This document shows, piece after piece, positions 52,170 through 60,187 of a stretch of DNA of 64,000 bases. The DNA lies in assembly GCA_035533215.1 (NCBI GenBank), contig DATLUG010000010.1, positions 44,633 to 108,632 of the forward strand, read 5' to 3'. Every line of letters starts with the position of its first letter. The first letter of the stretch is position 1. The stretch comes from Candidatus Micrarchaeia archaeon. GTDB taxonomy: Bacteria; Chloroflexota; Dormibacteria; Aeolococcales; Bog-877. The position numbers and the translations under genes were made by a program. The notes beneath the pieces were generated by a model, which worked only from the letters and a program-made list of their open reading frames with translations, was not told the DNA's origin and searched no databases.

Positions 52170-53545
52170 GGGCTCGGGCCTCCGCAACCCCCCCGCGGCG
52201 TCGGGGCCAGCCGCCCCCGCTCGTCGCGCGCGCCGGTCGCCTGCTGGTGGCGGCGCTCCTGCTCGGACCCGCCGTGGCGATGGCGGCAGCGGCCCAGGCC
52301 GCGACCGCCCCCGGGGCCGCCCTCCCGCGCTGGACGCAGCTGGGGTCGCCGACGGTGGGGCGCGCGCCCGCCCCCCCCGTGTGGGACGTCGTCGCCCTGC
52401 CCTCCGACCCCAGCCTCCTGCTCGCCGCCACCTCGACCGGGGTGCTGCGGAGCACCGACGACGGGACGCACTGGGCCGCGACCGGGCTGCGGGGGCTGGT
52501 CTGGACCGTCGCGGTCGGCCCCGACGGCCACACCCTCTTCGCCGGCACCCGGGCCCACGGGGTGTGGCGCAGCACCGATCTCGGCCTCACCTGGGGGGCC
52601 GACAACCGGGGCCTTCAGGTCCGCAACGTCCGCGCCATCGCGGTGGCGCGGGACGCGATCGTGCTCGGCACCTCGGCGGGGGTGTACGTGTCGGGGACCG
52701 GGATCGGCTGGGGCCAGGAGGGGCTCACCCAGGTCTCCGTCAGCAGCGTCGCCGTCATCGCCGACCGCCCGCTCGGCGTCCTGGCCGGCGCCGACGGGGG
52801 CGCCCTCGCCCAGGGCGCGCTGTTCCGCGACCTCTCGGTGACGACCGGCGGCGGCTGGCAGGACCTCTCCCAGGGCGACCCCGGAGCGGTCCCGGTGTGG
52901 TCGGTGGGGGCCGGCCCGCGCGCCCGGGGGGCGGCCGACCCGCCGCTCTTCGAGGGGAACCTCCACGGTCTCTACCGGAGCACCGACGGCGGGGCCACCT
53001 GGGAGCAGCTGACCCTCGCCGCGGGGGTGACCTGGGGGGTGACCACCCTCGCCGTCGACCCCCGCAACCCCTCGGTGCTCTACGCCGGCGGCGACAACGG
53101 CGGCAGCTCCGGTGGAGGGCTCCAGCGCAGCACCGACGGGGGCAGCGAGTGGACCCCGCTCCAGATCGGACTGCCCGCCGCCGCCGGCGGGGACGTGGTC
53201 AGCCTGACCGCGCTGGCGACCCAGCCCCTCACCGTCCTGGCCGCCGTGTACGAGCCCGGCGCCCGGATCGGCGCGGTCGCCCGACTCCTCGACCGCACCG
53301 TGCCGGCCCCGGTGGCGCTGGCGCCCGCCCCCGGGGGCGGGCCGGTGAAGGTGGTCGTGGTCACCGCCCCGCCGACGCCGGTGCCGACCCGGCCAGCGCC
53401 CGACTCCCACCGGGGGAGCGGCCTGCCGCGGGTCCCGTCGTGGGCGCCCCCGATGCTGGCCGCCGCCGTCCTGCTCCTCTTCTTCGGCATCATCCTCGGG
53501 GTGCGCCGACGCCGGGCCCGCCTCGAGGTGGAGGGACCGCCATGA
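52166..53545 (+). CDS. Cell-surface Asp-box (BNR-like) repeat protein with signal peptide, Pro-rich stalk and C-terminal TM anchor
   Basis: GTGA overlap with purA. The signal is LLVAALLLGPAVAMAAAAQA. Repeats are RSTDDGTHW, RSTDLGLTW, RSTDGGATW and RSTDGGSEW. The C-terminus is MLAAAVLLLFFGIILGVRRRR. Confidence 0.65.
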   Translation: MRARASATPPRRRGQPPPLVARAGRLLVAALLLGPAVAMAAAAQAATAPGAALPRWTQLGSPTVGRAPAPPVWDVVALPSDPSLLLAATSTGVLRSTDDGTHWAATGLRGLVWTVAVGPDGHTLFAGTRAHGVWRSTDLGLTWGADNRGLQVRNVRAIAVARDAIVLGTSAGVYVSGTGIGWGQEGLTQVSVSSVAVIADRPLGVLAGADGGALAQGALFRDLSVTTGGGWQDLSQGDPGAVPVWSVGAGPRARGAADPPLFEGNLHGLYRSTDGGATWEQLTLAAGVTWGVTTLAVDPRNPSVLYAGGDNGGSSGGGLQRSTDGGSEWTPLQIGLPAAAGGDVVSLTALATQPLTVLAAVYEPGARIGAVARLLDRTVPAPVALAPAPGGGPVKVVVVTAPPTPVPTRPAPDSHRGSGLPRVPSWAPPMLAAAVLLLFFGIILGVRRRRARLEVEGPP

Positions 53546-54033
53546 CCGACACCGAGCCCGCCCGCCCCGCGCCCGACGCCACCCCGCGGGAGCGGCTCCG
53601 AAGGCTGGGACTGCAGCTGCCCCCGGTCCCCGTGCCCCGCGGGCGGTACCGTCCGTGGCGCCGGTCGGGCACCCTCGTCGTGACCGCCGGGCTCATCTCG
53701 GCCGACGCCGCCGGGGTCCGCGGCGGCCGGGTGGGGGCCGACCTCGACCTGGCCGCGGCGGCCGCGGCGGCCAGGGTGGCCGCGCTGGCGCTGCTCGCGG
53801 TGCTCGAAGAGGCGGCCGGGGGGCTGGACCACGTCGCCCAGCTCCTCCTCGTCCAGGGCTTCGTGCGATCGGCCGCCGGCTTCACCGAGCAGCCGCAGGT
53901 CGTGGACGCGGCCTCCGAGCTCCTGGGCGCGGTGCTGGGGGAGGCGGGCCTGCACGCCCGGGTGGCGATCGGCGCGGCCGAGCTCCCGCTCGGCGCCGCG
54001 GTCGAGCTGCAGGCCTGGGCGGAGGTGGGCTGA
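53542..54033 (+). CDS. RidA/YjgF family protein
   Basis: ATGA overlap with the preceding gene. The sequence PRGRYRPWRRSGTLVVTAGLIS...VELQAWAEV fits the YjgF-fold pattern. Confidence 0.8.
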   Translation: MTDTEPARPAPDATPRERLRRLGLQLPPVPVPRGRYRPWRRSGTLVVTAGLISADAAGVRGGRVGADLDLAAAAAAARVAALALLAVLEEAAGGLDHVAQLLLVQGFVRSAAGFTEQPQVVDAASELLGAVLGEAGLHARVAIGAAELPLGAAVELQAWAEVG

Positions 54034-54071
54034 GCCCGCCCGGGCGGTGCCGCGGCGGTGGCCGCGTCCCC

Positions 54072-55604
54072 TCAGGGGGGCGGGCCCGTCCCCGGGCGGG
54101 ACCGCCCGCCCCTGGCCCCCAGTGCCGTCGCCGGGCGGACCGCCGCCGAGGGCGGCCGCGGCGGGTCCGCGGCCGGCAGCCAGACGCTGAAGGTGGTCCC
54201 CTGGCCGGGGGCGGATTCGACCGTCACGGTCCCCCCCTGGGCTGTCACCAGCGCGTGGACGATGGCGAGACCGAGTCCGCTGCCGCTGTCCCGCCGGGCG
54301 CGAGTCCGATCGGCGCGGAAGAAGCGCTCGAAGATGTGGGGCTGGTCGGCGAGGTCGATCCCGGGCCCCTCGTCGCGGCAGCTGACCCCGACCCGGCCGG
54401 CGGCCCGCAGCGTCCGCCATCGCACCGGCGCGCCGGGCGCGTGCCGCTCCGCGTTGCTGCGCAGGTTGCGCAGGATGGTCTGGAGCGCCTCCGGGTCCGC
54501 CAGGGCCAGCACCTCGGGGTCCAGATCGCCGTTCACCGGGTCCGCGCCGGGTCCGCCCCGGAGCACCTCGCGGACGAGCGCCGCGAGCGCGACCGGCCGG
54601 GGCTGCGGCGGCCGGGAGGCCTCGGCCCGCGCCAGGGTGAGGAGGTCCTGGACCATGCCGCGCATCCGCTCGGTCTCCCGCGCCATCGCCGGCAGCGCCT
54701 CCGCCAGCGCCTTCGGGTCGCGGCTCGCCCCGCGCTGCAGGACGTCCACGTACCCCTTGATGGTGGTGAGGGGCGTGCGCAGCTCGTGGGAGGCGTCGGC
54801 GACGAACTGGCGCATCCGCTGCTCCGCCTCGGCCCGCACCCGGACCGTGCGCTCGACGCTGGCCGCCATGTCGTCGAAGACCCGGGCGAGCACCCCCACC
54901 TCGTCGCGGCGGGGCCGGAGCCGGCTCCGCTGGGTGAGGTCGCCCTCGGCGAGGGCCCGGGCGGCCGCGGTCAGCCGGCCGAGGGGACGGAGCGCGCGGG
55001 TGCCGAGGTACAGGCCGACCAGCAGCGCCGCCCCCACCAGCGCCAGCCCTCCCACGACCAGCAGGGTGCGGATGGCGGCGAGCTCGTTCTCCACCTGCGC
55101 CGCCGACACGCTGAGCTGGCCGATCAGCGGCACCGCCCGGGTCCGCCGGCTGATCGGGACCACCACCGCCAGCTGATCGCCGGCCCGGCTGGCCACCACC
55201 ATCGGGCCCGATGGGTGCCCGGCGGCCGCGGCCCGCAGGATCGCCCGATCGATGCGGGGAAGGTCGGCCGCCACCTCACCGTGCGGCACCCCCGCGGTGA
55301 GGGGATCGAGCCGCCGCGTGTACAGGACGATGCCGACCCGCTCGGCCGCGACCTCGGTGGCCAGCAGCCGCGCGCCGTCCGCCAGGCTGAGGCGTCCGAG
55401 CCCGGCCCGCGCCTCGGCCGCCTCCTGCTGCCGGACGCTGGCGATGACGCTGAAGTAGCTGGTCTCGACCGACTGGATCCGGCTCTGCAGCAGGGTCTGG
55501 CGAAGCGCGACGTCCTCCACCCATCCGGCCGCCCCCAGCAGGATCGCCAGCAGCAGGCAGAAGGTGAGCGTCAGCTGCCAGCGCAGGCTGGCGAACCAGC
55601 GCAC
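54072..55604 (-). CDS. Sensor histidine kinase (two TM helices, HAMP, HisKA, HATPase_c)
   Basis: The H-box is ASHELRTPLTTIKGY, the N-box is NLRSNAERH, and the G-boxes are DEGPGI and GSGLGLAIV. GTG at 55604 is the first in-frame start downstream of the response-regulator stop. Confidence 0.88.
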   Translation of the reverse strand: MRWFASLRWQLTLTFCLLLAILLGAAGWVEDVALRQTLLQSRIQSVETSYFSVIASVRQQEAAEARAGLGRLSLADGARLLATEVAAERVGIVLYTRRLDPLTAGVPHGEVAADLPRIDRAILRAAAAGHPSGPMVVASRAGDQLAVVVPISRRTRAVPLIGQLSVSAAQVENELAAIRTLLVVGGLALVGAALLVGLYLGTRALRPLGRLTAAARALAEGDLTQRSRLRPRRDEVGVLARVFDDMAASVERTVRVRAEAEQRMRQFVADASHELRTPLTTIKGYVDVLQRGASRDPKALAEALPAMARETERMRGMVQDLLTLARAEASRPPQPRPVALAALVREVLRGGPGADPVNGDLDPEVLALADPEALQTILRNLRSNAERHAPGAPVRWRTLRAAGRVGVSCRDEGPGIDLADQPHIFERFFRADRTRARRDSGSGLGLAIVHALVTAQGGTVTVESAPGQGTTFSVWLPAADPPRPPSAAVRPATALGARGGRSRPGTGPPP

Positions 55605-55641
55605 CGGGCCGACGGCGGGCGGGTCCGTGGGCCCGCCCGGA

Positions 55642-56346
55642 TCAGGTGGGGACGAGGCGATAGCCCACCCCCCGGACGGTCTGGATCCGCTGCCGGTCGG
55701 GGTCACCCAGCTTGAGGCGGAGGTAGCGGATGTAGACCTCGAGGTTGTTGGGGTCGCCGTAGAAGCTGTAGCCCCAGACGGCGTCCAGGAGCTGCTCCCG
55801 GGTGCAGACCTCACCGGCCCGCTCCATCAGCTGGGCGAGCAGGTCGAACTCCCGGGTCGACAGCTCGATCGAGCGGTCGGCCAGGCCGACCGAGCGGCGC
55901 CGCCGGTCGAGCAGCAGATCGCCGCAGCTGAGGACCTCGCCGCGCTCGGGCTGGCGCCGCCGCAGCACCGCCCGGATCCGTGCCAGCAGTTCGGTGAACT
56001 CGAACGGCTTGACGAGGTAGTCGTCGGCCCCGAGGTCGAGCCCGTGGATGCGGTCCTGGGTCTCGTCCCGGGCCGACAGGATGATCAGCCCGCGACGGGG
56101 ATCGCCGGCCAGCTGGCGGGTGAGCCCGTACCCGTCCAGACGGGGCATCATGATGTCCAGCACCACCACGTCGGGCTGGAACTCGTCGACGATCGGCAGC
56201 GCCGCCTGCCCGTCGGCGGCGGTGCGGACCTCGAACCCCTCGCGGGAGAGTCCCAGCCGGATGAAGTCGGCGATCGCCGTCTCGTCGTCGACGACCAGCA
56301 CGCGCGGCGCTGACGGGACGTCGGGCTTCGCGGCTGCCGGCCCCAT
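55642..56346 (-). CDS. OmpR/PhoB-family response regulator
   Basis: The receiver is VLVVDDE...VVVLDIMMP...KPF. The winged helix is LSTREFDLLAQLM...VRGVGYRL. Confidence 0.92.
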   Translation of the reverse strand: MGPAAAKPDVPSAPRVLVVDDETAIADFIRLGLSREGFEVRTAADGQAALPIVDEFQPDVVVLDIMMPRLDGYGLTRQLAGDPRRGLIILSARDETQDRIHGLDLGADDYLVKPFEFTELLARIRAVLRRRQPERGEVLSCGDLLLDRRRRSVGLADRSIELSTREFDLLAQLMERAGEVCTREQLLDAVWGYSFYGDPNNLEVYIRYLRLKLGDPDRQRIQTVRGVGYRLVPT

Positions 56347-56357
56347 CTCGCCGGTGG

Positions 56358-56363
56358 AGTATA
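56358..56363 (-). promoter_or_regulatory. Candidate -10 hexamer (TATACT on the minus strand) upstream of the response regulator
   Basis: TATACT lies 11 nt upstream of the ATG at 56346, which would give a very short leader. Confidence 0.3.
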
Positions 56364-56447
56364 GGCGGTGGCCGATCGCGGGCCGAGCGCGGCCGCGCCG
56401 GAGCGCGCCGAGCGCGACCCGGTCCCAGCGCCGTGCGGCGCGGCAAG

Positions 56448-56453
56448 TAGACT
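56448..56453 (+). promoter_or_regulatory. Candidate -10 hexamer (TAGACT) for a leaderless hydrolase-ligase operon transcript
   Basis: TAGACT lies 8 nt upstream of the ATG at 56462, and there is no SD. Confidence 0.4.
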
Positions 56454-56461
56454 CGGCCCCG

Positions 56462-57268
56462 ATGACCAACGCCTCGCCGCCCGCCCTCGGCCTGCGCCGA
56501 TGGCGAGCGATGGTCGGCGACGCCGCGATCGCGGGACTGGAGCGCCCGGGGGTGGGCGCCCCCGTGGTCCTGCTCCACGGCTGGGGCGCCCGTGCCGACA
56601 CCTTCACCGCGCTGCTGGTCCGCCTGCGCACGCCGCGCCCGGTCTGGGCGCCGGACCTGCCCGGGTTCGGGGAGTCCCCGCTGGGTGCGGGCGGATGGAC
56701 GACCGCCGCCTACGCCGCCCTGGTGCGGCGCTGGGTCGAAGAGGCCGGATGGGATCGGGTGAGCCTGCTGGGCCACTCGTACGGTGGTGGGGTGGCGGTC
56801 CGGGTGGCGGCGGGGCCGGGCGCTCCGGTCGACCGGCTCTGCCTCTGCGACGCGGCCGGCCTCCGTCTCTCTCCGGCCGCCGACGTGCGCCGGAGCCGGC
56901 TCGCCTACCGCCGCCGCCGCCGGCTCGGCCGCCTCGTCCCCCCGCGCTGGCGGGGTCGGCTGGAGGCCAGGTGGCGGGAGCGCTACGGGTCCACGGACTA
57001 CCGCGCGGCCGGTCCCCTTCGCCCCACCCTGGTGGATGCCGTCAACGAGGACCTCGCCCCCGTCGCCCGCACCGTCTCGGTCCCGACCCTCCTCCTCTGG
57101 GGTGCGCAGGACCAGGACCTGCCGGTCGCGACCGCCGCGGCCCGCTACCGCGAGCTGATCGCGGGGTCCGAGCTGGTGGTGCTGGAGCGCAGCGGTCACT
57201 TCCCGTTCCTCGACGAGCCGCAGCGCTGCGCGGCGATCGTCGACGCGTTCGTCGACGCCCGGCTCTGA
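56462..57268 (+). CDS. Alpha/beta fold hydrolase
   Basis: Motifs are VVLLHGWG, the nucleophile elbow GHSYGG, and the C-terminal SGHFPFLDEP. Confidence 0.85.
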   Translation: MTNASPPALGLRRWRAMVGDAAIAGLERPGVGAPVVLLHGWGARADTFTALLVRLRTPRPVWAPDLPGFGESPLGAGGWTTAAYAALVRRWVEEAGWDRVSLLGHSYGGGVAVRVAAGPGAPVDRLCLCDAAGLRLSPAADVRRSRLAYRRRRRLGRLVPPRWRGRLEARWRERYGSTDYRAAGPLRPTLVDAVNEDLAPVARTVSVPTLLLWGAQDQDLPVATAAARYRELIAGSELVVLERSGHFPFLDEPQRCAAIVDAFVDARL

Positions 57269-57280
57269 CGGTCCGGCGCC

Positions 57281-58852
57281 ATGCCCCTCTGGTCGGCCGC
57301 CGTCCTCGCCCTCGCCGCGGGGGTGGCGGGAGCGCCCCGCCTGCGGGGCTGGCTCTATCTCCTCCAGCTGGAGGAGTACCTCCCCGGCCGCCTCCGAGCC
57401 ACCCTCTGGCGAAGGTGGCTGGCCGCGCCGCGGGCCCCGGTCCTGCTCGCCGCCGGCGGCGGGGCCCTGGCGGTGGCGGCCGCGCGGCTCCCCTGGCCGG
57501 CGACCTCGGCCGCGATCGCGGCCATGGTCGCAGCGGGGTCGGTCGCCTGGCGCAGCCCCGAGCGCCGGGGCCGGCTCCGCTGGACCGCCCGGGCCCGCCG
57601 GCTGGCCGCCTTGGCCGGGGCGCTCGCCGTCGCCTGGGTCCTGGTGGCGGGGTGGGTCGGCTGGCCGGCGGTGGTCCTCCTCGGCGTGCCCGACGGCCTC
57701 GCGACCCTCGCCCTGGTCGGGGCGTCGGCCGTCCTCGCCCCGGACGAGGCTCGGCGGCGCCGGGGGTACCTGCGGGCGGCGTCCCTCCGGCTCCAGCAGG
57801 TGGGGCCGGTCGTGATCGGGATCACCGGCAGCTACGGGAAGACCTCCACCAAGGGGCACCTCTGCACCCTGCTCGACCCCGGCGACGGCAGCGTCTTCGC
57901 GACTCCCGCCAGCTACAACACCACCCTGGGCGTCTGCCGTGCGATCAACGACGGGCTCGGCCCCGAGCACCGGGTCGCGATCGTCGAGATGGGAGCCTAT
58001 CGACCCGGGGAGATCGCCGAGATCTGTCGGCTGGTCCGGCCCCGCCACGGCATCGTCACCAGCATCGGGGTGATGCACCTCGAGCGCTTCGGCTCCCGTC
58101 GACGGATCGCCCGGGCCAAGGCCGAGCTCTTCTCGGCCCTGCCCCCCGGCGGGACCGCGGTCGCCCCCTCCCTGGTGGCGGAGCGGGCGACCCTGACCCA
58201 AGGGCTGCGCGCGCGGCCGGTGTGGGTCGGCGCCCCCGGCGACGACCTCTGGGCCGACCCGGTGGAGGTGACCCCCCAGGGCACCCGCTTCGTGGTGCGC
58301 GACCGAGATGGCCTGACGCTTCCCCTGGAGGCGGCTCTCTTCGGTCGCCACACGGTCGGCAACCTGCTCTGCGCGATCGCGGTGGCCCGGGCCTGCGGGG
58401 TGACCTGGCCCGCGATCGAAGCCCGCTGTCGCCATCTGCGACCGGCGCCGCACCGGCTCCAGGTGTCGACCGCGAACGGGATGACCATCATCGACGACGC
58501 CTACAATGCCAACCCCGATGGCGCCGCCGACGCCCTGGAGCTGCTCGCGCAGCTCCCGGGAGTGCGGCGGGTGCTGGTGACACCGGGATTCATCGAGCTG
58601 GGCGACGAGCAGGAGGCGCGGATGACCGAGCTGGGCCGGGCCGCCGCGGCGGTGTGCACCGACATCGTGCTGGTGGGGCCGCACCACACCCGGGCCCTGT
58701 CCCGCGGGCTGGACGCCGCCGGCTTTCCCCGCCAGCGCTGCACCGTGGTCCCCGATCTGGACGGTGCCCAGCGGGCGCTGCCGGCGATCGCCGGCAGCGG
58801 CAGCGTCGTCCTCTTCGAGAACGATCTCCCCGACCAGTACGGGGAGCCGTGA
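57281..58852 (+). CDS. MurF-like Mur ligase with an N-terminal polytopic membrane domain in place of the usual N-terminal domain
   Basis: The first ~170 aa contain 4-5 hydrophobic helices. These are followed by the P-loop GITGSYGKTSTK, then HLERFGS, and the MurF-type C-terminal domain IIDDAYNANPDG. Confidence 0.85.
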   Translation: MPLWSAAVLALAAGVAGAPRLRGWLYLLQLEEYLPGRLRATLWRRWLAAPRAPVLLAAGGGALAVAAARLPWPATSAAIAAMVAAGSVAWRSPERRGRLRWTARARRLAALAGALAVAWVLVAGWVGWPAVVLLGVPDGLATLALVGASAVLAPDEARRRRGYLRAASLRLQQVGPVVIGITGSYGKTSTKGHLCTLLDPGDGSVFATPASYNTTLGVCRAINDGLGPEHRVAIVEMGAYRPGEIAEICRLVRPRHGIVTSIGVMHLERFGSRRRIARAKAELFSALPPGGTAVAPSLVAERATLTQGLRARPVWVGAPGDDLWADPVEVTPQGTRFVVRDRDGLTLPLEAALFGRHTVGNLLCAIAVARACGVTWPAIEARCRHLRPAPHRLQVSTANGMTIIDDAYNANPDGAADALELLAQLPGVRRVLVTPGFIELGDEQEARMTELGRAAAAVCTDIVLVGPHHTRALSRGLDAAGFPRQRCTVVPDLDGAQRALPAIAGSGSVVLFENDLPDQYGEP

Positions 58853-60072
58853 CCCTCGCCGGCCGGACCGTGGCGGTGGTCTTCGGCTCCCGCTCCGTCG
58901 AGCACGAGATCAGCATCCTCACCGCCTGCCAGCTGATGCCGGTGCTGGCGGAGCGCGGAGCCGAGGTGATCCCGGTCTACATCACCAAGGAGGGAGCCTG
59001 GCTGTCGCGGCCGACGTGGCGCGAGGTCTCGGCCTTCCGCGGGTCGCTCCCGACCGACGGCGACCCGGTCGGGCTCGACCTCGCCGCCGGACAGCTGGCG
59101 ATCGGCACCGGTTCGTGGCGGAGCCGGCCGCGGCGGGTGGCGGTCGACGCGGTCTTCCCCTGCACCCACGGCCCGCTGGGTGAGGACGGGACCATCGCCG
59201 GTCTCTGCCAGATGGCTCGGATCCCGTGCGTCGGCTGCGGTCCCGGCGCCGCCGCGCTGGTGATGCACAAGGGCTGGTGCAAGCAGGTGCTCGCCGCCGC
59301 CGGCCTGCCGGTGGCGCCGGGGGTGGTGGTGGCGATGAGCGGAGCCGCCGCCGCCACCCTCGCCGCCGCCCGGGCGGCGGCCGAGCGCCTCGGCTACCCC
59401 GTCGTCGTCAAGCCGACCCACCTCGGCTCCAGCATCGGCGTCACCATGGTGGAGGGACCGGCACAGCTGTCGGACGCGCTGGACATCGCCTTCGCCTACG
59501 ACACCGAGGTCGTCGTCGAGGGGGCGGTCCCCGCCGCCGAGGACCTCAACTGCGCCGTCAAGCGGGGTGCGCCGCGGGCGTCGGCGGTCGAGCGCCCGCT
59601 GCGGCGGGGGGGGATCCTCTCCTACGCTGACAAGTACGCGCACGGCGGCAAGCTCGGCAGCGGCGCCATCGGCCCCGGCAAGGGTGCCGGTGAGGCCACC
59701 TGGGCCAAGCAGCCGGATGGCACGGGCGCGGTGCGGGAGCTGCCCGCCGACCTCCCCCAGGGGGTGGCCGAGCGGGTGCAGGCGCTCGCCCGCTCGGCCT
59801 ACGACGCCTGCGCCTGCGCCGGCACGGTCCGGGTGGACTTCCTGATGCCGGCGGATGCTCCCGACCTGCTGGTGGTGAACGAGCTCAACCCGATCCCGGG
59901 CTCGCTGGCCTTCTACCTCTGGACCGCCAGCGGCGTGCCCTTCGGGGTCCTCGCCGAGGAGCTGGTGGAGGAGGCCCTCGCGGGCCAGGGCCCGCCCCGC
60001 CTCACGCTCCCGGGCAACCTCCTCGCCGCCGGGCTCCCACCCGGGCTGGCCCCGGACCCGCGCCGGGGGTAG
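58849..60072 (+). CDS. ddl: D-alanine--D-alanine ligase family ATP-grasp enzyme (enlarged, 407 aa)
   Basis: GTGA overlap with the Mur ligase gene. Motifs are SVEHEISILTA, FPCTHGPLGEDGTIAG, VVKPTHLGSSIGV, VRVDFLM and VNELNPIPGS. Confidence 0.88.
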   Translation: MTLAGRTVAVVFGSRSVEHEISILTACQLMPVLAERGAEVIPVYITKEGAWLSRPTWREVSAFRGSLPTDGDPVGLDLAAGQLAIGTGSWRSRPRRVAVDAVFPCTHGPLGEDGTIAGLCQMARIPCVGCGPGAAALVMHKGWCKQVLAAAGLPVAPGVVVAMSGAAAATLAAARAAAERLGYPVVVKPTHLGSSIGVTMVEGPAQLSDALDIAFAYDTEVVVEGAVPAAEDLNCAVKRGAPRASAVERPLRRGGILSYADKYAHGGKLGSGAIGPGKGAGEATWAKQPDGTGAVRELPADLPQGVAERVQALARSAYDACACAGTVRVDFLMPADAPDLLVVNELNPIPGSLAFYLWTASGVPFGVLAEELVEEALAGQGPPRLTLPGNLLAAGLPPGLAPDPRRG

Positions 60073-60187
60073 CCGGGGTCGCGCCGGCGTGGCCGACCCC
60101 GACGGCAGATCGCGGAACGGATTCCCGACCACGATCCCGCGGACAGGGTGGGCTGCGGCTCGCCCCCGGCGCCGCCCGGACCTCGGC

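Noticed and set aside
56368-60072. A 1234-aa plus ORF and the 1239-aa minus ORF at 60188-63907, considered as possible giant proteins.
   Set aside because: Only the C-terminal 407 aa (Ddl) and 429 aa (YvcK) are protein-like. The upstream parts are open by chance through antisense or out-of-frame sequence of other well-supported genes.
54072-60072. Interpreting the TCS plus Ddl cluster as a classical vanRS-vanHAX glycopeptide-resistance operon.
   Set aside because: No VanH-type 2-hydroxyacid dehydrogenase and no VanX/VanY D,D-peptidase ORF is present in or near the cluster. I kept it only as an analogy in the finding.
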